Of a DNA stretch of 64,000 bases, positions 10,231 through 24,520 are shown in pieces (position 1 is the stretch's first letter; each line of letters starts with the position of its first letter). The position numbers and the translations under genes were made by a program. Under the pieces are notes generated by a model, which searched no databases, was not told the DNA's origin, and saw only the letters and a program-made list of their open reading frames with translations. Source of the stretch: the human T2T-CHM13v2.0 reference genome, Homo sapiens; assembly GCF_009914755.1 (NCBI RefSeq), contig NC_060928.1. One strand, written 5' to 3'.

Positions 10231-12882
10231 GTAAGGTTGCTTCTGGGGCTTTTGGAAATTGGCAACAGGTGACGTGGCGGATGACCCGTTCGCGGCAAAA
10301 ATGGCATCGCTCAGAAAAGAGGCAATAAAACGGGTATTTCACTCTCAAATGCTACTTCGCAGGTCACGGTTTCTGACCGTGGCTGTGGCTGCAGCCATCC
10401 ACAGAAGCCCTCGCAAGCCCAGAACTGTGGCTCAGGGACACTGAGGCTCCACCTCCCTTCTGGCCACCACGAACCTCCCAGCCACTCGGGGTCCCCAAAC
10501 CTAAGCCCATTTAGCCCCATTTGGCTTTATCAGTGACTTTGGAACTGACCAGGACTGCTTCTGGTCCCGGCTCTTGGCCACCAGGCACCGGCTATCCACA
10601 GCCCTGTGACCAGGACCCTGCTGCCTGTGCCCTCAGGTCACAAGTGGGCCCACCCTCAGCAGCCATGTGGTCCCAGCTAATTCAGAAACTCTAGCACACA
10701 ACCAATCCATCCAGCTTTTCTTCACCTTCATGGATGGGGAGCTCAGCCCTCCCGAAACAGCCTAGCCCTCTGCTGAGTAGCCCGTCACTGGCCTGTTTCT
10801 TCTGGCCCTGAGACAGAGTCTGCGTCATCGGACTCCCATCCACTGGGTTCTGTTCTGCCCTCTGGGACCCTGTAAAACAAATCCAAAGTTTCCCCCAAGG
10901 AAGCCCCTTGAGAGCAGCTGCTGGGTGCCCTCTCCCCAGAAGGGCCTCCGTGCTTCCCAGCCTCCTCCTTTCCATGTCTCAGCCACACTTGGTCACCCCA
11001 GCAGCCCACTCTACACTCAGTGTGTGCCAAGGGCCACCATGGAGTTAGGCGCTAGGGCAGGCAGTGGGCATCCCATCCCCCACTGTTAAAGCAGGCCAGA
11101 CAGGAGGCTGCTGCTGCCACTGATCCTAACCTCCAGCCCTGCCCAGTCTCCACTGCTCTCTGCTGAGCCCCAGCCCCTGGCTTTTGATCCTCAGTCCATG
11201 CATTTGCTCGTACTGTTCCCTGTGCTGTGCCTCGCTTCTCCACTGGCTGATTCCTGCTCCTTCTCAAAGACTCAATCATGCACTTCCTCCTCCAGGAAGT
11301 CTTCCCTGACTTCTGCCTCCAATTCAGGGTCACTGGTGCCTCCTCTGAAGACCCCCAGCCCTGTGCCTTCCTCCATCACAGTCCAGGCCCCACTGTGTCA
11401 TTCCGTACCATTTACTCCTTTTGTCCCTACACCTGACTCAGGCAAGCTGAGGCTGGGCTCTAGGTCTGAACCCCCGACCTGCTTTCCCAGCTCCTAGCAT
11501 TGCATTTCTGCAGATGTTCACTAAGTACCAGAGCAAAGACAGTGTCAGCTCTCTGGGCAACCATCTCCCATGTTGAGTGGTTTCTAAACGTTAGACAGGC
11601 TCGCCTGTCAAAGCCCTGCAGCCTAAGACCCCCGGAGCTCACCTATGGCCGAGCAGGCTGGGTTATCACTCAGTGCAGCAAGAGGGAACACATGCCCTGG
11701 GGAACCTGGGCATCTCAGAGAGGTTAGGAGGGCCTGATTGTCAGGTGTGGGCTGCAGGAGGTGATTTGGGGGGCTTGCGAGGAAACCGGGTGTGACTCTG
11801 GATTGAGGGATGTGAGGAGGTGAGGTCCTGCTAGGATTGGGCATCTCAATCAATCTTCTCTAAAGGGAGGGGCGATTCAGGGGAGGCAGGAGACTCAGGG
11901 GGAGGCAGGAGCCGGGCAGTAAAGCAGCAGCCCTTGCTCATCTCAGCCAGGGTGGGTGTCTGGGCATCTTGGGGGTTTGAACGACGTCCACGTCTGGTCT
12001 GTGTTCAGACCCGATCGCAGGGTGGTCTCGTTCTGCACAAGGTCACAGACTTAGCTTGTCTGGTGTCGGTGCTCGCGACATTGTTTGTGAGGGGCAGGAG
12101 AAGGTGGGGGCCACCGACTCCATCCAGTTTCTATCCTGGTTTCCGTCATTCTCAACAACTGCAGAGGAAAGCTCTCCCTACCCCAGCCCAGGCCTCCCCT
12201 GCCCTCTCCCTTCCTCCCTCCTCCCACCCTGGTCCTCAGAGGATCTGGGAGCCTGTGCTGGGATGGGAGAAACCTCAGCCCTTCCAGCCCCACCTCACCA
12301 CCAACAAGGTGGCGGTGCTGGTGGCTCAGGAAGCTGCACCTCCTGTTCTGTGGCAGTGAGGATATGTGGCCTCTGTAATCAGAGACCTGCCACAGTCCTG
12401 TCCTGACGGGCCTTTCTGTCTCTGGGAACAGATGCCCATGGCCACAGTTCATGGGGTTGATTGTTATGAGGTCAAATGAGCTGCCTGGGAAAAGCACTCG
12501 AGATGGTGCCGGCTTTGTTTGTCATGCCTCGAGGTTCAGTGATCACCTTTGGTAACGAGCGCATCTTTGGCCTGTCTCCTTCTCCATCGGAACTTTCTCC
12601 ACCTTGTTCCATAAGTTGGATGCAGAGCAGCAAGGTGCTGAGAGAGCATGGGGAAAGAAGTTAGTTCTGACTGAAGGAAGCAGAAGACAACTTCCCAGAG
12701 GAGGGGTGTTAATTTGGGGCTTTGAAGGATGAATAGGAGTCTGTTCATTTCAAGCAGAACAGGTAGAAGGAAAGTAAAAGGGCATTTTCACTTGCTGAAT
12801 ATAACATGTAGTTTTTCATTCATGAGACTGTGGCTGGAGAGGGAATCAAGCCTCTCAAAAATGTGTTTCTTCCCCCGGTTAG

Positions 12883-12972
12883 GCAACATCAGCAAACCAG
12901 ACAAAATACTACGTCTCTTATCGTCGAAATGAATTTGTCCTGATGAAGCTGCCGAAGTATGCATTGCCAAAG
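12883..12972 (+). CDS. SORCS2: SORCS2 exon 8 (90 nt, phase 0-0)
   Basis: ggttag|GCA; encodes ATSANQTKYYVSYRRNEFVLMKLPKYALPK; donor AAG|gtaagg. Confidence 0.98.
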
Positions 12973-13584
12973 GTAAGGTGCTCCCCATTCCGCCTGGTCC
13001 TGTGGCCAGACCCTAAGCTTATCCTGACTCATGGGGCAACAGGACTCACACACAGGTGCTTGGCGGTCCCAGGTCAGGATGGACAAGAACAGTGTGGCCA
13101 CGCTTCGTCCAGCTGCTCACCCCTCACACCCTCCATTCCAGCCCACCCAGCCCTTCCAGACTCAGCTGTGCCCAGCTTCATCCTAGGCCTCTGCCAGGCT
13201 CTTCCCTCTGCCTGGTTCATCTTTCCCCGGAACCCTTGCACATGTGGTATTTGAGGAGAAATATCACTTGCTAAAGGCCCCCCAGGCGGGCCCAGTCCTC
13301 TGTTTTCTGGTCCCATCCCTCTCTTCTCCTTGCTGGTGCCCAGGGTGCCAGGGACCCCTCCCTCCAGTGTCCATCTCCTGCTCTCCTCTGATATTGCTGG
13401 GGTGGGGATGATCTCTGCTGTACTCACCTCTGCATTCCAGCCACCTAGTATGCTGCCTGGCATATAGTAGGTGCTCAGTTATTGCTATTGCCTTTCCCTT
13501 GCCTTAGAAGGCGAAGAAGGGGGACCAGGGGAGCTGGGGATTGCCCAACTCTGCCCCTGCCCCTGCCTTGGGGCCTCTCTCCAC

Positions 13585-13700
13585 CCTATTAATATATTAT
13601 TCCCACCTAACAGAGGAGGTGATGGAAGTTCAGAGAGACACTAACCTGTCTGAGATCACACATCTAGTTAGAAACAAAGGCAGATCTCAAACTGAGGTCC
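13585..13700 (-). mobile_element. MIR relic, antisense
   Basis: attattcccacctaacagaggagg...gttcagagaga...cctgtctgagatcacacatctagt. Confidence 0.6.
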
Positions 13701-13799
13701 AGGTGAGTCAGCCCAGCCTCATGCCACACCTCCCTCGTGAGGACATTGAGATGACACCTTCTGAAGATCTCTGTCCCACATGCATAGTTGAGAAACAGA

Positions 13800-14260
13800 T
13801 GAAGCTTCCCTTCCTCCACATTTATTTACTGAGCACCAAATATAAACCAGAATGTGTGCTAGGAGGCCATGCTGTGAATCAGAAGCCCCAGGTTCCTGCT
13901 CCTGTGGGCTTTACAGACGGGGAACAGGCAGGAGATCCAGTAGACAGACAAATGCATAAAATAATTGCAAGTTGTGGTTTCTGCTAAGAAGGGAACAGGA
14001 GGGAGAGACACAGAGTGATGGAGGGCGTGTGTATGAGTGTGTATGTGTGTGTGTGCTCGAGTGCTTGTGTGTGTGGCTGATTTAGGCCAGGCAGCTATGG
14101 AGGCCCCTCTGGGGCTGGGATGGGGAGGGACTCTTTATCCAAAGCCCCAAGGCAGCTCCAAGAAGAGCAAGGGAGAAAATGGTTCGGGTGGAGGGCAGAG
14201 CAGGCGCTAAGACCCTGAGGTAGAGAGTGAGAGTGGAGTGGGAGGGGCCAGCAGCTCTGG
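13800..14260 (-). mobile_element. L2 LINE 3' relic with a TG-rich patch
   Basis: catttatttactgagcacc...tgtgtgctagg and the downstream cctgctcct...ttacag...gagatcc pattern typical of antisense L2 ends. Confidence 0.55.
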
Positions 14261-15589
14261 GCCCTCCAAACCCAGGCTGTGGCTTAATGTAAAGTGCTTG
14301 CACATGGGAGCTTCTGCACTGGGCACCCTCAGACCTCTCCTGAGCCAGAAATGGGAAAAGTCTAGGAGGCCTTTTAAAACCTTCGCTTTAAAAACAAGAA
14401 AAAAATAAAAGGAAAAAAGGAGTGAGCTTAATAGACTGAACTCCAGGCTTGGCTGAGTATGTAAATTAAAAGCTAATGGTTTCATTTCAGGCAAAGGCAG
14501 TAGGTGTCTGTCCCTCTGAGGTGAGGGACCTTTTCAGCATCTGGGAAGCCTTCCCTCGACCTTTGGGGGCTACAGCATTAGAAGCTCCTGTGTCCTGGGC
14601 TCTTTGTCCTGGTGTAGGGGAGAGGAAAGTGCACAGCCGAGAATTAGGCCCATACAGGGACCCTCTCTGCTCCCCTCTAGCATTGGAGGCTGGGGTAGCT
14701 GGGCCAGCAGTCAGCCTGCTGCCAAGGGTGCTCTAAGGAGCCTATGGCTATAAGTCATGACCTCTGTGACCTTGAGCGATGGCTCCCTGGGCGTCTGCTC
14801 CCTGGACCTGCAGATGCAATGTCAGTGAGATTTGCAGGAAGCACCAGGTCATGTCTCCCGCTGTGGACCCTTGACAGTGTGCATTTTACACTGGTTTTCT
14901 TCTTCTTGCATTTCCATGGAAATTGGAGGTCATTGAAAAGACTCAAGAGACTCTCACAGCAGTGACAGACACACACCCAGCCTCAGGTCATTCAGTTTCA
15001 AGGGCATACCAGGGAGCCATCCAGGGCAGGTGGCATGTGCTGTGACTATCGATGTCCTCCCTCAGGGGTCCATGCACAGGACCCAGTGACCAGCAGTTGA
15101 AGATGATGGTCACTTCCTCATCAAGAAGTGGGCAAGCTGGGCTGCTGTCAGGAGAATGGGGCCCCCAGAGCCCTACGGGGTCTTCAATACCACATCTCAT
15201 GTTGCTGAGACCTTTGCCCAGCCAGCCAGCTAGCCTGCTTCCTCTCCACCCAGGTCAGGACAGCAGCCTGCCCAGTGTTTCCCACCAACAACTTATAGAA
15301 GTGGCTAATTGAATTTCCTCATCAGATGTTGTTGTTTTATGGTGAATTTGTAACTTGCCTGTTTCCTCTTCCCACAGACTCAACTCTCTCTTTTTTTTCT
15401 TTTTATATTTTTAATTGCTTAATTAACATCATGAAAATCATAGACATTGGAGCAGGGGACTCACCCGCAAACCTCTCACCTCATCCACCCAATGTCTTCT
15501 CCCCCAGTTCTTGGTCTCCCGGCATTCCTCAGCCATATGCAAAAGGGCTTTTACGTAGCTGAATTATGAGCAGTCCTGGGTCTCCAGCC

Positions 15590-16080
15590 TGCTTTCACAG
15601 GACACTATAGCATGAGACTGTTTCTTGAATGATGCGTGATATCTACTTTAAATGACTGTGAAGCTTTTTATTGAGGAGAGTGTACCTTGTTGAGCTAAGC
15701 CAGACTCTTGTTGCTTGGACATTTGGGTTGTTTCCATTCTTTTATAATTATAAACAGTGCTGCAATGAATCTATGTGTGCCCACAGGTATTTCTTTTTAA
15801 TTTTCTCATGTTAAAGTCTAAGAAGAACAACTTCAGAACAAAGGATATAAATATTTGTGTAGCTTAGTTGCTTGGGCAAGCTGGGCTGCTGTCACAAACA
15901 AAGTTGGAATAGATCAGCTTCAACATAGCTTTGCCATGTTTTTCTATTTTCCTTCTGTGTTAAAGGGTATAAATGATACCGTCCTGCTGTTTTAATTTAC
16001 CTGTCTGTGAAAACTATAAAGGGTGGGCCGTTTTTATATTTGTCAATATCTTTTGCTTATTTACTTGTCATCATTTTTTT
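15590..16080 (-). mobile_element. Old L1 (L1M-type) fragment, antisense
   Basis: ggacatttgggttgtttccatt...ataaacagtgctgcaatgaat is a typical antisense L1M 3' segment. Confidence 0.7.
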
Positions 16081-16283
16081 TAAATATTCATTTTCCCTAA
16101 CAGAGGTAAACAATAGGCCAAAGCTATAAATAGAGAAAAGAGAAGAAAAATCCAAATAACTATCAATTATATAAAAGCATTCACAAGAATGGGTAAATGC
16201 AAATTCAAAGTGAAATATTCCTGTATTTGCCATAAATGTATTTAAAGTAAAATAAAATTTCTAAGCCGTATGAATAAAGAAAG

Positions 16284-18160
<1,877 letters not shown>

Positions 18161-18469
18161 TGATGAAGGTGTTGGTTCATTAGACTCTTTCATGAATTTT
18201 ATATAAACATCTATGAAGAAATTTCCTCTGTCATGTCTATTAAAAATGTTTTTAAACTTTTCCAAAATTACTCATTTAAAATGCATTCACTACAACTAAT
18301 GGAAGAATACATCTATTTACCTTATAATACAACATAATAAACAATACTATGTATATGTGTAGATACCCTTTCTACCTGCTTGCCTCTCTAGTCCTCCCTT
18401 CCCTGACAGTCTCACTTCCTCACTCCTCAAGGAGGTATTGTTGAAAGTCCTGGATACCCCTCATATCCA

Positions 18470-18700
18470 TTCTGCCCCTTCGTCTTAGTTCAACAAACCC
18501 CAGACTTTGGCTAGTACATTGCTTCCCAGCTAAAAGACTGCATTGCCCAGCTTTCTTTGCAACTACATGTGGTCATGCTTGTAAAATCTAGCCAGTGAGA
18601 TGCTAGTGGAATTGTCCTACGTGGCTTCTTAGAGCTCTCTAATAAAGAGAGCTTTTTCCTGTTTCTGTTACTCACAAGCAAACCTAATTCTACCTAATAA
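18470..18700 (+). mobile_element. ERVL LTR relic (LTR33-like)
   Basis: cccagctaaaagactgcattgcccagc...tgtggtcatg...ccagtgagatg resembles the LTR33/LTR16 core. Confidence 0.55.
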
Positions 18701-18899
18701 CAAATATTGGCAACGTTGGTGTTTCCTTCCGCATATTTCTCCAGGTCATACAAATATGTACAATCACATATACTATATGTATATTTGAATGTGTCTTACA
18801 TCCTTCATGTAAAAATATCAAAATGTCTCTGCTTCTACCTTTTCTCAAAGAAGACAGTAAATGCAACATGAAGCGAAAATTGCCTGTTATTTATAACTC

Positions 18900-19480
18900 T
18901 AATCAGCAAATATTTTTAAAAGACCATTCTCAATATTGGAATACATAAAACGAAATACGTGCCCTCTACTACTGCTGGTGGGGGAGATACTAATGTAAAT
19001 TTTCAGGACAGCAAATTAACAGCAGATAACAAGAGCTTTCGAAATGTTGCGATGTGGCAATTTCCCTTCTTAGGAGTTTATGTCATGGAAATAACCAGAG
19101 AGCCAGAGATCTGTGTCTAGAAATGTTCATGACCATCTCGCAGTTATGTTGAGAACGCTGACGGTTTCCCCGTAGGGAAGCAGCTCAGTGGAATATGGCC
19201 CGTCCACAAAATGGAATATCATGCAGTCATTAAAAGTGCTGTGTATAGATCACTTTAATGGCAGAGAAAATGCTCTGCCTGTGATGTAAAGGGGCAGACT
19301 ATAAACTACACATGAAAAAAATATGTGCACCACACTTGAGAGAAAGCCCAAACGTAAACATTTGAAAACGCTGGTGCGAGGTCTCTCTAGGGGGCACCAG
19401 TCATAACCTCGAGTCACTTTATGCATTTTTCTTTGTTTCCTAGATTGTAGAACACATTTACCCAATGCATTTACCCAGGT
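18900..19480 (+). mobile_element. Old L1ME-type 3' fragment, sense
   Basis: actgctggtggg...aatgtaaat, gcaatttcccttctaggagtttat, atggaatatcatgcagtcattaaaa. Confidence 0.65.
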
Positions 19481-20056
19481 TATGTAAACATTTACCCAGG
19501 GGCATAGGAGGCACCATGTGACTTGCTGCAATCGCTGTAAATACGGCATCCTGACGACATGGTTGACGCCAAGCCCCCGAGCTCAAAGCACCCATAATCT
19601 CAGTCCCCCCACCACCCCTGCAGGAGTCTCACATCCTCCCTGACAATCTGACTGCACGGTCTAATTCCCTGCCACGGCCCAGGCTGGTGGACAAACCTTC
19701 CCCTAGTCAGGCAGCAGAATGACCAACGCCCGGATGACAGAGTGCATTTTGGCCCATGGCGCTGAGCAGGGAGGAAGGGGGAGCTGAGGTGAGGAGGGCA
19801 GAACAGCCACAAGCCTGCTGCCTCCGGGCACTTCACATGCCTCCGTGGGCTCTGCATCACCCATGGTCCCACTTCACACATGGGGACGGCCAGGCTCTGG
19901 CACCCTGCCCCATCATCCTTCCCTGGTTCTGTGTGTCTCGGTGCCAGTCATTTCTGTGTGTTGAATTTCGGTCCATAGACACAGGACTGTGGCTCCTGCC
20001 ACTGTGGGGTCCTCTCTGCCTGTGGGCTGCATGGTAGCTCCAAAATAGCAACACTC

Positions 20057-20364
20057 GGCCGGGCGCGGTGGCTCACGCCTGTAATCCCAGCACTTTGGGA
20101 GGAAGGCGGATCACGAGTTCAGGAGATTGAGACCATCCTGGCTAACACAGTGAAACCCCGTCTCTACTAAAAATACAAAAAATTAGCTGGGCATAGTGGC
20201 AGGCGCCTGTAATCCCAGCTACTCGGGAGGCTGAGGCAGGAGAATGGTGTGAACCCGGGGGGGCAGAGCTTGCAGTGAGCTGAGATTGCGCCATTGCACT
20301 CCAGCCTGGGCGACAGAGCGAGACTCTGTCTCAAAATAAAAAAAAAAAAAAAAAAAAAAAAAAA
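20057..20364 (+). mobile_element. AluY, sense, with small left-arm deletion and degenerate TSD
   Basis: ggccgggcgcggtggctcacg...accatcctggctaacac...gagaatggtgtgaaccc...gagcttgcagtgag (Y-type features); long A tail; flanks tagcaacactc and aagcaaccctc. Confidence 0.95.
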
Positions 20365-21569
20365 GCAACCCTCTCCTTTTCTGCACAGCCCTTGGGGCTG
20401 CATAGCACAGGGAACAGGCAGGGCAGTGAGGGGAAGGGGCCGGGCCTCAGCGTTCAGGAGTCCAGCCCGACCCTGAGCCACCTGCCAGGGCAGCTTCTTC
20501 CTCATTCTCCACTGAAAACTGAGCTCCACTGGACAGAATCGGGATTTGATCTGTTATTGTACAGAAAAAAAAAAAAAAAGCCCTTCCCTAGGCCCTCCTA
20601 TCAGATGAGAACATGCGAAGGGAGCCATCCCCAAGCATCCCAGCCACAGCTACACCGTAATTGGGAGGGGCGGCTCCGCAGGTGGGGCCAGCCGGACCCT
20701 CCTCTGCCACCTGTCCTCTGCCCCTGGACCTTGGCACTGTGTTCTCAGAGGGTGATGAAGCTCCAGAGTGAGAGAAGGCAAAGGAACAGAGGTGGGAGGG
20801 AAGCTGGTTAGGGCTTCAATATGGGCCTGTCTGGACCCTTTTACTCTTGCCTCCCACATAGCATTTGTTGCTGGCTGGGCAAGAAAAGAAAACAAGAAAC
20901 TGAGGTATTCCCAGTTTTCCTTTTTATTCTTTTGGGTTTTGGCTGCTTCCTGAATTTAAAAACCTGGGGCTGAACCCGAAGCGCTGAGCCCACTCCAGAG
21001 CTGCCCAACACACCTGCTTCTGAGTGGAAACCGAGGCTGGGGACTTTGCCCTGGCTGCCCTTCAACCTCTGAGACTAGCTTACAGGGTCCTGGTGGGGCT
21101 CCTTCTCTGCCTCCCCCTCCAGACTGTGCCCCCAGGGCTCAGGGCTGGCAGGGACCGGCACAGGGGGACTGGAAAGAAGTCTGGCACATGTACAGGTGGG
21201 GATATTGTCCCCAGACAATGAAGCTTGAGTGGATGAATCCACGGTGCCTCCCTGCAGGTCGCAGAGGACAGGGCCACACCTGGCTCCCCACTGCACTCAG
21301 GGCCTTTCTAGGCATCCAGTGGCTGGAAAGTTTCTGGCATGGAGTTGGTACTTCCCAAATGTGTCTTGAATGAAGGAGGGAGCAGAGACTCACCTGGGCT
21401 GTGGATAGGAGGAGAGGGAGGGGCTCCAGCCCTCACCCCCTGGAATCAACCATCTGGGGGTGCATAGAGGAAGAACTCCGCCTCCCCACTGTTGGACGGA
21501 TGGATGGACGGCCTGATGTGGGACCAGGAGGAGGAGGTGTCCCCAGGCCACCCTCCCATAACCCGGCGT

Positions 21570-21690
21570 AGAGCATCCCAACGCCATCCCCATTTTAGAG
21601 ATGGGGAAATGGAGGCCCAAGGAGGTGAGGAGACTTGTGCAAGGCCACAGAGCCCAGAGCAGCCGAGCCAGGAGGCAAACCTAGGCCAGG
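21570..21690 (-). mobile_element. MIR relic, antisense, just upstream of exon 9
   Basis: atccccattttagagatggggaaatggaggcccaaggaggtgaggagacttgtgcaaggccaca. Confidence 0.7.
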
Positions 21691-21808
21691 CTGGCTCCAG
21701 GAGAGCCAGGGGTCTTCTGCACCCTCACGGCCTGTGCAGCCTGCTTCTTCCTCCCTCGTGCAGCCCCCAGCCTGGCTCTGACCCTGTGCTCCCTGCACAT
21801 CCCCACAG

Positions 21809-21988
21809 GATCTGCAGATCATCAGCACGGACGAGAGTCAGGTGTTCGTGGCGGTGCAGGAGTGGTACCAGATGGACACCTACAACCTGTACCAGTCGGA
21901 CCCACGGGGCGTGCGCTACGCGCTGGTGCTGCAGGACGTGCGCAGCTCACGGCAGGCGGAGGAGAGCGTGCTCATCGACATCCTGGAG
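21809..21988 (+). CDS. SORCS2: SORCS2 exon 9 (180 nt, phase 0-0)
   Basis: ccacag|GAT; encodes DLQIISTDESQVFVAVQEWYQMDTYNLYQSDPRGVRYALVLQDVRSSRQAEESVLIDILE; donor GAG|gtgggt. Confidence 0.98.
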
Positions 21989-22090
21989 GTGGGTCCAGGG
22001 TGGATGTGGGCCAGGTCTGCCGCCGACCCCCTGCCCTCTGCCCTCTCACCCCACCTCTTCCTCCCCCCTCCCCTCCCGCCTGTCTATATA

Positions 22091-22290
22091 GCTGTCTCAA
22101 GGGTCTGCACACATCTTCTGTACACAGCCAAATATTTTAGGCTTTGCAGGCCAAGAGGCTATTATGTAGGTATTTTTAGAGAAAGAGAATTTCCTTCTTG
22201 AGGAAATTCGAAATACAATGATCATCAAGTATAAGTTCTTGTCATGAGAAGAATGGAATTCTTTGAGGGAATAACATTTTACTGACTTGG
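22091..22290 (+). mobile_element. hAT-Charlie DNA transposon relic (MER58-like)
   Basis: aaatattttaggctttgcaggccaagaggc...atgagaagaatggaattcttt. Confidence 0.65.
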
Positions 22291-22375
22291 GTTCAGCCTG
22301 AGTGTTCTCTGCCAGCTCTCTCACAAGCCCTCATCAGACGTCCTGGGCTGGGGTCACCCCTGAGGGCAGTGCTTC

Positions 22376-22554
22376 TCTCTGAGTGCCCCATCTCTCTCCC
22401 TCTCTCCCTCTCTCTCTCTACCCCAGCCCCTTCGTCTCCTCCTTCCTCTCCCTCTGTGTGTCTGAAATCTGCCTTTCTCTCTCTCTCCCTCTCCCTCTCT
22501 CCACCCCAGCCCCTTCGTCTCCTCCTTCCTCTCCCTCTGTGTGTCTGAAGTCTG

Positions 22555-22590
<36 letters not shown>

Positions 22591-22720
22591 TCCCTCTCTC
22601 CACCCCAGCCCTGTCATCTCCTCCTTCCTCTCCCTCTCTGTGTGTGAAGTTGGCCTCTCTCTCTCTCTGTCTCTCTCTCACACTCGCTTGCTTTCACTTG
22701 CTTGCTCTCGCTCTCTGTCT
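22376..22720. repeat. Compound CT-rich minisatellite (3 units of about 83-99 bp) with embedded (CT)n
   Basis: ccccagccccttcgtctcctccttcctctccctctgtgtgtctgaa motif at about 22421, 22504 and 22603. Confidence 0.9.
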
Positions 22721-23790
22721 CCCTGGAACCCAGCCCTCCACCCTCCCTGCTGCCACTTCTCTCACCACCTACGAAGCTCTGGCCTCCCCTCCTCAGTTGC
22801 CGTCTGAGCTCAGATGGGAGCCTTCCTCGCTGCCCTCCTGGGTCCCCCTCGGCCTCCCGCGTGAGCCTCCACTGACCCCAGAGAACGCCCCGTGCATCGC
22901 ACCAATGTGGCTCCATTTCCATCTGGATCCCTGCAGCAGCCCCGCCCCGGCCAGGCCGCTCACAGGCCTCTCCTTTGTTCCTGAGATGCCATGGCCAGCG
23001 AGGGGGGCTACTTGACCCATGTACAGGCCAGAAAACTGAGGCTCAGAGAAGGCAAATGACCTGCCCAGGCAGACGCAGACATAAGCAGGAAAACCAGGAC
23101 CGGCCCAGGCCTGTCTGCTTTGAGCCTGGTGCCCTCCTCTTGGGACCCCTCTCAGTTGTTCACCTCCAAGCTCCTTCCTCTTGCCTGTGGGGACACCCCC
23201 CAGTGGCCCATTGATGCAGGCTGGGAGAGTGTCCCGTGGGTGGCCAGTAGACCCTGGGCAGGCAGTGGCATTGACAAGCTTGTGAGTGGGAGGCAGCAGG
23301 CTCAGCATTCATCCCTCCCTTGACAGCAGCAGCAGAACTGTGGTCCCCAGGAAAATCACAAATGGAACCATTTGTTTGCAATAATAACCCATTTGTCAGG
23401 GTTCATCTCCCCAGCAGACGATGCAGATGCAGCCTCACTGCCAAAAGCCCCCTGCAGGCGGCCCTCCTCCACCTGCTAGGCAGCGCCCACCCCCACCCCT
23501 AGTGTCCCAAAGGCCCTGCCCTCTGAGCCTCTAGGAGGGGACTAGTTCCAGCACAGACCTGCCTCCGGAAGGCAGTGGGTGGGTGGTGATGGGATGGGAA
23601 GGGTGCCAAGAACAGGGTGGGGTGGGACTCCACGGCCAACCTGTCCACAGGCATCTGTGATGCCTGCACCACCGCATGCCATGCTCTGGTCCCTGCCCTC
23701 GGGACACAGGCTGGATACAACACGCACCATTCACCCCTCATGAAGCAGGAAGACGGCTCCCAGCTGTGGCTCTGAGTGAGAGTGCTGGGG

Positions 23791-24520
23791 CCTGGAGACA
23801 CAGCACAGGGGCGGTTGGCCAGCCTGGGGCAGGAGTCAGGGAGTGCTTCCTGGAGGCGGCTGAGCAGGAGTTAGCCAGGTGAGGAAGGAACTCAGAGCCA
23901 CACACACAGGCATCAAGGCGAGAGGAAGCAAGGAGCCAGAAGAAGTTCGCAGTGGCCCGGTCCAAAGGCGACACCCACCGTCCACCAGCTGGGTGCCCCC
24001 CCAAGGGATGGCCCTTCTCTGAAAACCATCAAACATGGGTCACAGCTGGTGGTTACAAGCACAACTCTGGAGCCTGACTGCCCGGGGTTCAGGTCCATGA
24101 ACTGGTATGTATTTGCTGTGTGGCCATAGGTGGGTTTCTTAACCTCTCTGTGCTTCCTGGAGACACAGCACAGGGGCGGTTGGCCAGCCTGGGGCAGGAG
24201 TCAGGGAGTGTTTCCTGGAAGAGGCTGAGCAGGAGTTAGCCAGGTGAGGAAGGAGCTCAGAGCCACACACACAGGCCTCAAGGTGAGAGGAAGCAAGAAG
24301 CCAGAAGAGGTTCGCAGTGGCCCGGTTCAAAGGTGACACCCACCATCCACCAGCTGGGTGCCCTCCCAAGGGATGTCCCTTCTCTGAAAACCATCAAACA
24401 TGGGTCACAGCTGGTGGTTACAAGCACAACTCTGGAGCCTGACTGCCCGAGGGTCAGGTCCATGAACTGGTATGTATTTGCTGTGTGGCCGTAGGTGGGT
24501 TTCTTAACCTCTCTGGGCTT
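23791..24520. repeat. 365-bp head-to-tail tandem duplication (23791-24155 and 24156-24520) including part of a MIR
   Basis: Manual alignment shows about 17 substitutions and no indels; the MIR continues only after copy 2 (to about 24600). Confidence 0.95.
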
